This document shows positions 25,482 to 39,544 of a stretch of DNA of 64,000 nt, piece by piece (position 1 is the first letter of the stretch; every line of letters begins with the position of its first letter). The translations under genes were made by a program, and so were the position numbers. The notes under the pieces were generated by a model that saw nothing but the letters and a program-made list of their open reading frames with translations, made no database searches and was not told the DNA's origin. The DNA comes from Octopus vulgaris (Eukaryota), in assembly GCA_951406725.2 (NCBI GenBank), contig OX597827.1, positions 66,898,001-66,962,000 on the forward strand. Reading direction: 5' to 3'.

Positions 25482-25956
25482 CAGGACTCACGCCATTAGC
25501 CAGAAAGAATAATCTCTAATTCGATTCTACTTTAAGCTGCTAAAAATGTGTGAGTTACTTGAAGATCCACCCACCACACGCGATAGACTGGCGGTTGCGT
25601 GTGCACGAAAGCTACGCTGTTATCCTCATTCCGTAAACGGTGGCTTTTAACGGGTGGAGAGCTGAACCATCCTGGGGTACAGAGGATTCGTAATCTAGAC
25701 TAGGGACTGAAAGTTTACCACACCGTACTTGGTTAAACCATGGTTCCTCTGCTTTGTGTAAGAAGTAGGAAGAAAGAGTGAGAGAAAGTTGCGTTGAAAG
25801 AGTACAGCGGGTTTTACCACCCCCGCACCACCAGAGACTCGTGGAACTTAGGTGTTTTTGCTCAATAAACACTCACAATGCCCGGTCTGGGAATCGAAAC
25901 CGCGTTCTGACGACCGCGACTCCGCTGCCCTAACCACTGGGCTATTGCGCCTCCAC
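25482..25956 (-). mobile_element. SINE S3 (tail type C)
   Basis: Closely matches 12719-13195. Confidence 0.85.
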
Positions 25957-26974
25957 TTGTTATTGTTGTTGACGTTGTTGTTGTTGTCACTGTTGTTATA
26001 AGTTTGGTCGTTTGCTTGCTTAGCCCCAGGTCAATTCTGATTGAACAACTCTAAGATCAAAAATATCCCAGCTTTGATCACTCAGTCCTTCATACATAGA
26101 AACAATCAATGTATCCTGGAAAAACGTGTCGGAAATTGTCTTTCATGTTTGCAACAACGGAGAAAGTTTTAAACTATATTTGGCAGTCATTTCAGCAAGC
26201 TAAAAAAAACTAAGTGGAGGGATATTTCCACTTGCTATTTGTCTAGTATATTGTGGTTATTTATCTTCAGGATAGGCCAAATCCAACGTCCGTATGATCA
26301 AAGATATATATATATCTACGGTGGATGTAGTGGGCGTGCAATGGCGGTAGTCCTGTCGTCTCACCCAGCAGCAAAATGAAATACGATCAAAGACATTACA
26401 ACCGTGATCATCTCCTCTGTATTTGTTTTTAGATTTTGCTATATAACGAAACTGCATTATTTAATACGTCCTTTATTTACTCAGATCATAAGTAGAGATA
26501 TGGGAAATATTTAGCTGCTATGTCTTAAAGTATATCAGCAAAGACGTAATATAATGTGGAAAAACAGAGAGACTAAGGTATATATAGGAAGGGAGCCAAG
26601 TAAAAGGAGGGATACAGGAGAGGAGAAGGAGGAGGACATTCGAATGAGAGACAAGATGGGGAAGGACAATAAATATATTGACGGAGTTCAAAGAAGTTTT
26701 ATTTACTGGATAAAATAAAAATATCAGAAGGTCAGTGCACTCAATGAACTCATAATATTTTCAATGTTTTTCATCTTTTACTTTTGATATTTGTTGTGTT
26801 TCAGAGAGAAACTGAATGTGTGTATGTACACCTGTATGTGTGCGTGTGCGTGTGTGTGTGTGTATCAATAGACAGGGACACACTCACGCACACGCACTCG
26901 CTCGCACGCACACGAACATATATACGTATGGATAAACTTATGTATGAATTAGTATATATCAACATGTATATACG

Positions 26975-27030
<56 letters not shown>

Positions 27031-27176
27031 TATTGATACATATACATTTATATTGATATATATGTATATATATATATATATTGATTTATACATTTATATT
27101 GATACATATATAGTGATATATATACATATATATATATATACATATATATTGATACATATACATTTATATTGAGATA

Positions 27177-27213
<37 letters not shown>

Positions 27214-27267
27214 ATTTATACATTTATATTGATACATATATAGTGATATATATACATACAAATATAT

Positions 27268-27340
<73 letters not shown>

Positions 27341-27799
27341 CTACAATGTAGAGAGAGAGCCTATTTGCTGGAGTGTGTTTGAGTGAATGTATGCGTGTGT
27401 GTTTGCTGTGTGTGTGTGTGTGCGTGTATGTGTCTGTATGTATCTATGTGTCTGCTTTTATATGTATGTCTATGCAACACTTTAAAGCGTCCGTATACGG
27501 CTTGTGATATTATCGATAAAATATTCCATTAATTATAGTGTAAAATGTACGTAGCACAGACATAAAGAGGGATGCGCTCACGGTCACTCCTGCACTCACA
27601 TTTTTAGGCACATGAGCTAACATACACAGAAACACATATAGAATTAAATATATGCATACTTTCCGACATACGTGTATGCATATAGAGAATTATGTGTGTA
27701 AGTGAGTATATATATATATATATGGACTGATGTGAGTAAGGTGTGGTTTGCGATAAATATCAATGACGTCTGAAATATTAAACGTTCCTTTATATGTAA

Positions 27800-27866
<67 letters not shown>

Positions 27867-29102
27867 CGTGTGTGTGTGCGTGTGTGTGTGTATTTGTGTG
27901 TGTGTGTGTATATATATATTTATGTGTGTGTATGTATGTATATATATATATATATTTATGTGTGTGTGTGTATGTATGTATATATAAAGATATATATATA
28001 TATATATATATATATTAGACCGTAGTATGTATATAAACTAAGTACTTTATATACAGTATTGCCTATGCAATATGGTGTGTTAAATAAGTCTTGCTCAAAT
28101 ATCCCCGTAATGGCGTTATATTAGACTGATAACCAAGTAATTCCAAAAGGGATACTCTTGTATTTTATGTATATATATTACAACTAGGAATACATTATCT
28201 CTCTCGTTCTCTTACTCTTTCTGTCTCTGTCTGTTTGTTTCTTTTTCCTTCTCTCTCTTTCAGTTTATATATGTGTGTGTGCATGTATATGTGTCTGTGT
28301 TTGTGCGTCTGCATAATGATATATCAATCCCGATAGAAAGAGAGAGATATTGAGAAGAATTTTCTGCTATGCAGTAAAGAATATAGAAGTGTTAATATAC
28401 GGATTCAAAATGAACTTGACCCTTAAAAGGAACTGAAGTTATAGATATTTTTTACAAATATGCTAAGATACCATACCGGTTTCAACTATTGCTTTCCAAT
28501 CATAAATAAAAACGATATTAGGAAGGACTGAATGTACATGAGGAATTTCAATAAAACATACTTGAAAACATCAAACGTTCAGACAAGTTTCAATATTCAC
28601 AAAATTTCACCCAAATTAGAAAATAAAATTTCAAATGATTAACGAATTTCATAACGATCACGCATCTTTCTTAGTTCAGTAATTTTCAGAGTAATGAATA
28701 ATATAAACAAATTCTTGATATAATTCATTATTCTAAAAATAGATACGATGAGGTTTTTAAAGAGAAAAGAAAAAATATATATTTGTCGTAGTGCATGAAA
28801 ACAGTTCTTCTTCACTGGTTTTACTGTCGAGGGCTTGAATTGTTTTCAGCGGAAATTGCTTTGTATATATCAGCATTTAGGATGTAGTTTCAAATTTTGA
28901 TTGGCGATAACTTATTACTTGTGGTTCAGTACTTTGGTTGGCCAACTACTTGGATGCTTCACTTGTTTTTCGGAATTTATCGCTACATAACTAGGTTCGG
29001 CATTAGTCCAGCGTTCTGTTCGATTGACTTCGTGATAACAACGTCACTTGCTTATCAACTGTTTTACACAAATTTTTTTTCACTAGCAGTGATCCAGTTA
29101 TA

Positions 29103-30520
29103 AGTTAGTTAGTTAATTTGGCTCAAAAGCAAATAGCAAGGCCATGTAGGGGGACATGGAGTTAAGTACAGGGTGGTGTTCATGTAAAGAGTTCAGGCCA
29201 CTTGAGGTCAAGGGAGGCTTTGAACAAAGCGGTCGTCGGCATCTTCACCATCTCGTCTGGCAGCTTGTTCCACGGATCCGCAACCCGGACGGAGAAAGCT
29301 CCTCTCCTTCGATTGAGATGAAATCGTCGCAGGTAGAGCTTTTCGGAATGACCCCGCAGCCGACGTTCTGGAGCAGGAGTGAAGAACAGCTCTTTCGAGA
29401 GGTTACACTTTCCGCTTATGATGTTGTGGGCGAGAATGAGATCACCACGGCGGCGGCGTTTTTCAAGAGAATAAAGGTCGAGCGTCCTCAGCCTTTCTTC
29501 GTAGGACAAATTTTTGAGACCATGAACCATGCGGGTAGCCAGCTTCTGGACTCTTTCGAGATGCTGTATGTCTTTGAGGAGATAAGGAGAAGAGGCTTGA
29601 ATCCCATACTCCAATATGGGTCTCACCAGCGTGACATAGAGTGGTAGGAATATGGCTGCTGTGAGCATTCCGAATGACCGTCGAATCAAGAACAGAATTC
29701 CGCGTGCTTTGTTGGCAGCATGGACGCACTGGGCCGAAGGCGAAAAGGAGGAATCCACCAAGATACCAAGGTCCTTTACCTGATCGGTCCTCTCCAGCAG
29801 CAGACGACCCGGCTCGAAATCAAGTTGAGTTGCAGGAGTAGAGCCGACAGGCAGATGACAGCACTTTGACACGTTCAGACACAGGTCCCAATTGTTAGAC
29901 CACTTCCAAATTTGGTGGAGGCATCGACGAAGATCCTCTATATTACCGCGAGGAGCGACCAGTTTGATATCGTCGGCAAATAGAAGGGTGTGTTGCGTGA
30001 GGTCGTCGGGCAAGTCATTTATGAAGACTAAGAACAACAAGGGCCCAAGCACTGAACCTTGAGGCACGCCACTGCTCGCACTGGAGACGTCGGACCGCGA
30101 ACCATTAACTTGGACTTGGAAGGAGCGATCTGAGAGGAAGGCACCAACCCATCGTACAATATCCGGATGGAAACTATATGCTTGAAGCTTGACAAGCAAT
30201 AGGCGGTGGTTTACCGAGTCAAAAGCTTTGGCAAAGTCCAGCAAAACGATGTCAACAGCATCACTATCATCGAGGATGCGCGTCACCAATTCTTCCATTA
30301 CTAGTAGGTTGGTCAAGCATGATCTCTTCGGCACGAAGCCGTGTTGGAAATCAGAGATAGAGGCTGTGTTTAGGAGGTGGAGCATCATACTTTTCTTAAG
30401 GATGGTTTCGAACATCTTGCTGATAATTGATGTAAGGGAAACCGGTCGGTAGTTAAGCGGGTCTTCGCGGCTCCCTTTCTTGAAAATTGGGCAGATTATC
30501 GCTGTTCTCCATGAGTTTGC
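29103..30520 (-). mobile_element. 5'-truncated CR1/L2-group non-LTR retrotransposon, young copy
   Basis: RT frame, short 3' UTR and (TAAC)n tail at 29103-29115. Possible TSD ATCCAGTTA near 29093 and 30973. Confidence 0.9.
29180..30520 (-). CDS. LINE ORF2 fragment: reverse transcriptase domain and C-terminus (about 446 aa, uninterrupted, no native start)
   Basis: Motifs PIFKKG, NYRPVSLTS, QHGF, LDFAKAFDSV, SGVPQGSVLGPLLF, LFADD, KDLG, RPILEY, LERVQ, LYSLEKRRRRGDLI. The first 38 aa of the tracked ORF come from an antisense SINE. Confidence 0.9.
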   Translation of the reverse strand, partial: ANSWRTAIICPIFKKGSREDPLNYRPVSLTSIISKMFETILKKSMMLHLLNTASISDFQHGFVPKRSCLTNLLVMEELVTRILDDSDAVDIVLLDFAKAFDSVNHRLLLVKLQAYSFHPDIVRWVGAFLSDRSFQVQVNGSRSDVSSASSGVPQGSVLGPLLFLVFINDLPDDLTQHTLLFADDIKLVAPRGNIEDLRRCLHQIWKWSNNWDLCLNVSKCCHLPVGSTPATQLDFEPGRLLLERTDQVKDLGILVDSSFSPSAQCVHAANKARGILFLIRRSFGMLTAAIFLPLYVTLVRPILEYGIQASSPYLLKDIQHLERVQKLATRMVHGLKNLSYEERLRTLDLYSLEKRRRRGDLILAHNIISGKCNLSKELFFTPAPERRLRGHSEKLYLRRFHLNRRRGAFSVRVADPWNKLPDEMVKMPTTALFKASLDLKWPELFT

Positions 30521-30527
30521 TACATAT

Positions 30528-30970
30528 AGGCGCAGGAGTGGCGTATATAGGCGCAGGAGTGGCTGTGTGGTAAGTAGCTTGCTAACCAACCACATGGTTC
30601 CGGGTTCAGTCCCACTGCGTGGCATCATGGGCAAGTGTCTTCTGCTATAGCCCCGGGCCGACCAATGCCTTGTGTGTGGATTTGGTAGACGGAAACTGAA
30701 AGAAGCCTGACGTATATATGTATATATATATACATATGTATGTGTGTGTGTGTTTGTGTGTCTGAGTTTGTCCCCCCAATATCGTTTGACAACCGATGCT
30801 GGTGTGTTTACGTCCCCGTTACTTAGCGGTTCGGCAAAATAGACCGATAGAATAAGTACTGGGCTTACAAAAAGAATAAGTCCTGGGGGTGTCGATTTGC
30901 TCGACTAAAGGCGGTGCTCCAGCATGGCCGCAGTCAAATGACTGAAACAAGCAAAAGAGTAAAAGAGAGT
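30528..30970 (+). mobile_element. SINE S1 with duplicated 5' end, abutting the LINE truncation point
   Basis: ATATAGGCGCAGGAGTGGC occurs twice (about 30524 and 30545), followed by a full S1 body. Confidence 0.9.
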
Positions 30971-31120
30971 ATATCCAGTTAACTAACTTTTCTATGGTGA
31001 TCGGCCAGAGTTCCAGTTGAAGTATTCCCTGAAGTTGTCAACTTTCCCAGTCAACAAAGGATTATTTCTTTTTCCTGGGGGTTATGCTTTGACCAACAAG
31101 AAACAGAATCCAGTTCTATA

Positions 31121-31764
<644 letters not shown>

Positions 31765-31962
31765 ATTGAAGAAATATAATTGTTTAAGCCCTGGATGACG
31801 TTATAAAATAGTGTTGAGAAAGTGCAAAGCGTAATGGTATAGTCATTTGAATTAGAGATTGGAAGCCCAGAGTAAGCTTATAACTTCCCATTTTGTATTA
31901 TTTCCGACGTTTCTAGTCGTTTTGGGTTTCAAGAAATAGTGCTCTTACATAGTAGTGTATCG

Positions 31963-33200
31963 TTATGCAGTCTTTAGCTGTGGTTTATAATTCTTAGTAT
32001 AAATATATTCCTTATTTAATCGGAATTACGCTGAAGTGTCTCTGATGTGTTGATATATAGAGAAAATTTGGTATTTCGGTTCGTTGTATGTGGGGCAACA
32101 GATCCAGATGTTTATTCAATGGAATTTTCCTACTTGCGGAGTCTCGAATCAGTTGACTGTATACCTATTTCTTTGTTACCCACCAGGGGCTAAACACAGA
32201 GATGACAAACAAGGACAGACAAACTGATTAAGTCGATTATATCGACTCCGCTGCATAACTGGTAGTTAATTTATCGACCTCGAAAGGATGAAAGGCAAAG
32301 TTGACCTCGGCGGAATTTGAACTCAGGATGTAACAGCAGACGAAATACCACTAAACATTTCCCCCACTGCGCTAACGGTTCTGCCAATTCTACGGTATAC
32401 TGTTGACAGTATGCCGTCATTATATAACCCAGAGTCAAGCTCGTTTCTCGCATATAATCCTTTCATATCCACTGTTTAACAACATAAATTAAATCCCTCG
32501 ATGCACAGATGAAATGAATTTTTATGGTGAATATTTTATCCTGCCTTGGATTCATAAATCGAACTTTCCACGTGGTTAATACAGTTTCCGCTTTTTGGTC
32601 AGTTGCATATTTTTACTGTTGGTATTATATTTTTGGTAAGTAATTTGGCGCTACTAATTTGCTATTGAAGAGAGTTTAATTATCTTTCACTTATAGTATT
32701 TTATCTTAGTGTTTATGTGTTTTTTTTTCATTCGTAGTTCGTTCATCAAAAGTGTTATATTCCGATAGATGACGTTGTATACTTCCATAGTTCTTGGATT
32801 GTGTGTTGATACATAAGATAAAGTGTTGATGGTATCAAGGGGTTTCCTTGTTTTTCGTAATGATTGGATGTCTACTACTTTGGCACCTTCCACTCCGTTA
32901 TTGATTAAATTGACTGGCTCCCTGGAGAAATTTGTTTTTAAGTTCTTGGAGTTGTGTCTCCAAGTTGGAGCTAAAATGTATTGATTTTTTACGAGTTGGA
33001 TGGCAGGAAGAAAATGGCAGATAATGTTTTATACCTGTTAGCTTAAAGTACATCTCTGCTTCAATGTTATTGGCTCATTTCCTGATTAGCATGTCCGAAA
33101 AGTGCAGATGTACTTGACTATATTCCATTGTGAAATTGTGAAATGGATACTTTGGTTTTATACTAAGTTCTTAAATTCCAAAAGTTCATCCAGATTATAT
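31963..33200 (-). pseudogene. Decayed Penelope-like retroelement ORF (RT C-terminus + GIY-YIG endonuclease), frameshifted and interrupted by an S2 SINE
   Basis: Minus-strand remnants FTMEYSQVHLHFSDMLI..IEAEMYFKLTGIKHYLPFSSCHP; LINNGVEGAKVVDIQSLRK..LSYVSTHNP; KIFTIKIHFICASRDLIYVV..DYMRETSLTL (GIY-YIG-like); IRDSASRKIPLNKHLD; RLNKEYIYTKNYKPQL. Confidence 0.8.
32162..32392 (-). mobile_element. SINE S2 nested in the Penelope-like remnant
   Basis: Full S2 body with tail TTCTTTGTTACCCACCAGGGGCTAAACACAGAG. Confidence 0.85.
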
Positions 33201-33420
33201 GACCACCGTCTGAACCAAATGACCCGGTAGCTGTCGCAAGAGGAAATCACGGATTTGTAGTAGTTATCTGGCCTGCTTGTGTATTTGGACTTCTAAGCAT
33301 GCCGTAACGAAGTTAGCAAAAGTGAGAGCTAACTTCGTCACCATCGTATATGTATATATACGATACTTGAAGCTAACTTTCTTCCTACACCTCGCTCCTT
33401 GGATCTTATATACATATATG

Positions 33421-33465
<45 letters not shown>

Positions 33466-33466
33466 G

Positions 33467-33534
<68 letters not shown>

Positions 33535-33565
33535 GATATGTGTATATATGTATATATATATGTAA

Positions 33566-33597
<32 letters not shown>

Positions 33598-33625
33598 GTA
33601 AATATATATATAAATCTATATATGT

Positions 33626-33679
<54 letters not shown>

Positions 33680-34015
33680 TTGTACTCTTTTATTGTTTCA
33701 GTCATCTTTACTCCGGCCATACTAGAGCACCGCTTTTAGTCGAGCAAATTGACCCCGGAGCTTATCCTTTGTAAGCCTCGTACTTATTCTATCGGTCTCA
33801 CTTGCTGAACAGTTAAATTACGGTGACGTAAACACACCAGCATCGTTTTTGGCAATCTATGTTGGGGGTGACAAACTCAGATACACACACACACAGAAAC
33901 ACACACACACACACACACACATATATATGCATATATGTATGTTTGTGTGTGTGTCTGTGTGTGTCTGTGCTTGTGTGTATGTATGTATATATATACCAAA
34001 TCCAGTCACAAGGCT
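33680..34015 (-). mobile_element. SINE S1 (partial, diverged)
   Basis: Matches the 3' half of S1. Confidence 0.7.
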
Positions 34016-34959
34016 AAAGAGAAGAAAATATAAATCAAAGCAAATCCTGTTCTCTTATTCCAAGGTAACAGTTAATTCACTGTTACTCTAAGAACTTTTG
34101 TTGTTCAGTGTAGAACAAGCAGAGATTTGATTTTTTGAATTTCTTTTTTGATGTCCATCAATTGTTGGTCTTGACTGTGTACTAATCTGAAATTAATAGT
34201 ATGTTAGTAGATCTTTTTCTTGTAAGCTGTGATCTATTCTCACAGGTCTGTTATTTTTTCTTTTATCACAAAGTCTGTCTTCATCAAGCAATGTATATAT
34301 TTGGTTGTTTGTACTTATTTTTGCTTGTATGTTTGTATTCACAGTCGTTGTAGGTACAGTATGTGTATGTTTGTAATATGTACTGTATATTGTTTCAAAG
34401 TGTCCAAGCATGCCTCGTCTTCACTTAAATAACCGAAGTTTAAAGGTCATTCCATATTCTGAGTTTGGAAATATTTAGCTACTTCCAGCAGGTCACATAT
34501 GTATAAACGTGTTTCTTCTTCAGTCGCCAGTTTTCTCGTTGTGGCTTATTTTCTATTTGTGGTTCGCAGCATTCCTCTAAGAGATTTTGTTCTCATACAA
34601 TTATATATATTCTGAAATATTCAAATAAATATGATATGTACAACATATTATATCAAAAACGTCTCGTTTTAATCATGACAAATCAAAATAATGCTCCACC
34701 ACACCACTTAAAATAGGGAAAAAGTGGCAACCTGTATCTCAGTTGTCAATTCCTTTCACTCTTTCATATAATGTGACAGACAGGTGAATGATATTTTTGG
34801 TTCTAAATTAACACAGGTGTATATATTGTCAATATATCACCACAGGAATGTACATACAAAATGAGGATATAGCCAAATATCAAAATTTCGCTTCGCAGTT
34901 AAGGGTCCTGAATGGAAACCCACTGCTTAAACGTTCTTGCGCCCAATTTGTATAGGGTC

Positions 34960-35490
34960 AACAATTGAGTCCAAATATTGCGTCCAGATTTGGGCAGAAG
35001 TGTGTTGATTACACCGACCCCAGTGCTCAAACGGAGCTTATTTCATCGATCCTAAAAGAATGAAAGACAAATTCGAACTTTACGAAATTTGAAATCAGAA
35101 CGTAAAAACCGGAAAAATGCCGGGAAGCATCGTTCCCGGTGTGCTAAAAATTCTGACAGGTCACTACATTTGTCGGTCAAATATTTGGCTTGAGATTTTG
35201 GCAGAATGCCAGCAAATTCGGGGGGTTGGGTAAGCCGACTACTTCGTCCCCAGTATTCAACTGGTACTTATTTTATCGACCCCGATAAGATAAAAAGGTA
35301 AAGTAAGTCACGAGGGAATTTGAACCCAAATCGAAAAGACAGATGAAATACCTATTTCTTTATTACCCACAAGGGGCTAAACATAGAGGGGACAGACAAG
35401 GACAGACATAGGTATTAAGTCGATTAACAGACGAAATACCGCTAAGCATTTCGCCCGGCGTGCTAACGTTTCTACCAGCTCGCCGCCTTT
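34960..35490 (-). mobile_element. Cluster of nested/tandem S2 SINE copies
   Basis: Three partly overlapping S2 segments. A younger tail is inserted at GAAATAC|CTATTTC (about 35350). Confidence 0.7.
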
Positions 35491-36180
35491 AAATACCGCT
35501 GAGCGTTTTCCCGATAAGCAAACGGTTTGGCCACATTAAGAAAGGAAATGGAGAATGTACAGAAATTCTCCTCCATTGGACTCTACTTATGATGTAATAA
35601 GTCATTCATTCCACAAAATCTGAGGCTGAGTTTATTACGAGATTAAACAAAGATACAAGAGCCTACTCGGAATAGCTTTGCAATTCCACAAGAATATATT
35701 ACAACATGCATTTCTTTTCATTGAATAAAACGTGCATACGCTATCGAAATCGTCGCAGAATTTATCACTCCCAGGGACATTTATCAAATTTGAATCAAAA
35801 CAATACCTTCATTGTGCGTTGGATCGGTTCGTCAGGGAATTTGTGCTGCATCGACTACGAAATAAAAAAAAAAGGTATTGTAATATTTCATTTTTAAAAT
35901 ATTGGTTTTTATTTTCATACGTTCCTAGTCGCATTGTAAGGACATAACTGGGAGCACTCAGTAAGTGTGCCCGGACATGTGTGCGCATGTGTATGCATAT
36001 GAGCGTGTGTCCGTGCGCGTGAGTTTGTGTGTGTGTGTTTGTCTGTGTGTGCCTGTGTGTGTGCGTGTCTGTGTGTGTTTTATATGCAAATATTTTTACG
36101 GTGTTGTTAATGAACAGATTGTTATATATTTTGCCGTAAAGAAACTTTATTGTGAAACATGTCATAAAATTTAATGTGCA

Positions 36181-36222
<42 letters not shown>

Positions 36223-36748
36223 CATACACACAAGCACATACCTATTGAAGCAATATCTCATACAGATATTTTATTAAAGAAACAAATGTGTTAAGTTTAA
36301 TTATAGCTATATCAAATATTTTTTTTTAATATTCCATATTAAATACATAAAAATCTTCAAAATATTTAAATCAAATAAACTTCGTGTTAACGATATAGAC
36401 ATTAATGTATTTCCAAGCACACATATACGAACACTCACACACTCTTACATTAATACATGCATTTATATATGACTGCATGTGTGTTTCTGTGTACGTGTTT
36501 CGCTAATATATAAATGCGACTCAGTATATAAATGTATACGTATGGTATAATGCAAAGTATAACAGATTACAGATCACACACACAATCATATAAATTGATA
36601 TCTTCATTGTGGTAGGGGTTGGGAAATGTGAAAATTTATGTATCAGTACATCCAATTCTAAATGCGTTCTCTTGTCTGTTGATTTTATTATTCGTTTATA
36701 TGAATTGACTATGTATGTAAGTATATACGTGTGTGTGTACGTGTATAT

Positions 36749-36802
<54 letters not shown>

Positions 36803-36857
36803 GTATATATGTATGTATATATAAATATATATTTATATAAGTGTGTGTATGTATATC

Positions 36858-36982
<125 letters not shown>

Positions 36983-37037
36983 ATATTTCGGAATGGTCAT
37001 ATTGCCAGTTTAGCCAATAAAAAATCTTGCACAACAA

Positions 37038-37112
<75 letters not shown>

Positions 37113-37317
37113 TTATGTATTTGAATTGACTATATATGTATATATGTATGTATGCATATATATACACAGATATATGTACTTGAATAGACTGTATATATAC
37201 TTATATACACTTACATATATACACATATATATATTTATACATATATATATATATACATATGGATATATGTATACGTATATAAATATATACGTGTATGCAT
37301 GTAATTATGTATGCATG

Positions 37318-37467
<150 letters not shown>

Positions 37468-37765
37468 TCCATACCAACCTTTCCACCCACTGATATACAT
37501 TCATCAAATTGTCAGTGCCAGCATCCAACAGGTTTCATAAATACACTGTGAAGAAATCTATACCTTAATTAATACACCTCATTCTACCTGTCAATGAAAT
37601 ATCCGATATATTTCGATGAACTACAATGCCATCTGTGATATATTACTTCTTTCATACACCATTTCTTCCTTACATGAAATTCATTCAAACTTATGAATGT
37701 TTAATATGATATGTGTGCGTATATGCAAGCATGTATATATGTATACATGTGTGTGTGTGTGCGTG

Positions 37766-37808
<43 letters not shown>

Positions 37809-37842
37809 GCATATATGCATACATACACACATACACAAACAC

Positions 37843-37949
<107 letters not shown>

Positions 37950-38074
37950 ATATTTCGCAAGTTTTAGTTTAGGAGTTTAAGAATTTTCATTGCATAGTGT
38001 AATATTATTCCGCTTTTATTGGAGAAGAAAGATGTTTATAAACTTCCTGTAATATAATTCTTCTTTTTCTCATA

Positions 38075-38490
38075 AACTCTTTTAGTCATTGAACTGTGGC
38101 CATGTTGGGACAGAGCGCTGAAATGTATGAGTTGAATAAAGCGGTCCCCTTACTGGGTTTTTTTTTTCTTTTTCGCCCCCATTCTGATAATATTCTATCG
38201 TTCTCTTACGTCCAGCGGCTAGGCTACTTGCATGTTAAACCTAAAACAATCCAACACCTGTTGTCAAGCTGAGGTACGGTTAGGACATACACACCCACAT
38301 ACACACACACACAAACACACGACGAACCCGCGCGCGTGGGCACCCACCAACACGACGCTCTTGTTTCAATTTTACCATTTACCAATTCTATTCCCAAGGC
38401 TTCAATTCATCCAAGCTAATAGTAAATGACACTCGTCCAAGATGCTGTAGAGTGGGACTGAACCTGGAACGATATACCAGGGAAACAGAC
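38075..38490 (-). mobile_element. SINE S1 (old, diverged)
   Basis: Recognisable S1 blocks (TTTTAGTCATTGAACTGTGGCCATG ... GTGGGACTGAACCTGGAAC). Confidence 0.55.
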
Positions 38491-38574
38491 GTCGTACTAC
38501 ACACTCATGCCTTTCCCTTTTCTTTTTTTTTTTAATTATTTCCTTTCTATTTATTTGATAACATAGTTCTCTAA

Positions 38575-38736
38575 TCAAGAGATGAGGAATTACGTACAAT
38601 ATTTACATTTGACGTTTCTCTTCATCTTGTTTGTTATTAACACAACGTTTCGTCTGATATAACCTCCAACCTTCATCAGAGGCCACGGGGAAATTTCGAA
38701 CTTGGGTTCTCATTCCTAAGGTATTTTTCGATGTCA

Positions 38737-38819
<83 letters not shown>

Positions 38820-39024
38820 TAGTTTTATTTTCATAGCGTGCTTTCACTTCACTACCGAGCGCAGCTTTGTGTGCCTTGGGCATGTGCTGTGATTTGTTGT
38901 GATTCTCTGATGGTTATTGTGTAGAAAGTGTTCTGCATAGGATGTGTGCAGTGCCTAGTAGTGCAATTTTCTGTATGTTATGTGTTTGTTATATGTGTTT
39001 GTCTGTATGTATGTATGTATGTAT

Positions 39025-39122
<98 letters not shown>

Positions 39123-39156
39123 GTTGTTGTTGTTGTTATTGTTATTATTATTGTTA

Positions 39157-39196
<40 letters not shown>

Positions 39197-39441
39197 TGTC
39201 ACTGCCCGGAATGAAACTTGGATTCTTGGGGTTAGTAGCCCGCGCCCCTGACCAATATGCTCAGGGGCATATAATAATGATAATAACATCGAAACATACC
39301 TTAGGAATGAGAACCCAGGTTCAAAATTTCCCCCAAGACACCTGATGAAAGCTGGAGGGTATATCAGTGGAAACTTTCTGAAAACAACAAACAAGATAAA
39401 GAGAAACATCCATGAAATGTAATGTAAATAATGTAAACAAT
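38575..39441. mobile_element. Second palindromic family-B element (tail<-(ATT)n<-head|remnant head->(AAT)n->tail) with a nested Dong-like insertion
   Basis: Inverted tails at 38575-38740 and 39280-39441, each with a hammerhead-like motif (38639-38684 on -, 39337-39382 on +). tRNA-like head at about 39192-39262 (-). Imperfect centre ATATGCTCAGGGGCATAT at 39255-39272. Confidence 0.75.
38817..38990 (-). mobile_element. 3' end of an R4/Dong-clade non-LTR retrotransposon inserted in (TAA)n
   Basis: Minus-strand C-terminus THNIQKIALLGTAHILCRTLSTQ* (stop at 38914-38916), typical of R4/Dong ORFs. The 3' UTR runs directly into (AAT)n. Confidence 0.75.
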
Positions 39442-39544
39442 CTATTTAATTGAGTTGTGCATATACGTCTGCTTTAAACTATGTCCATCAATGCATTCCT
39501 TTTAACGTTTCTTATGTGTATCATGCATTATATACGTAGTATAG

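Noticed and set aside
28465-28510. GAAACCGGTA (helix III-like) on the minus strand; similarly CTGAAGA at about 13945 and 34515
   Set aside because: The other half of the core or the stems is missing, so it cannot be distinguished from chance.
30521-30634. N-terminal 38 aa of the 484-aa RT ORF as a genuine start
   Set aside because: It is the antisense strand of an S1 SINE head. The same peptide ([24 protein letters not shown]) recurs at other S1 copies.
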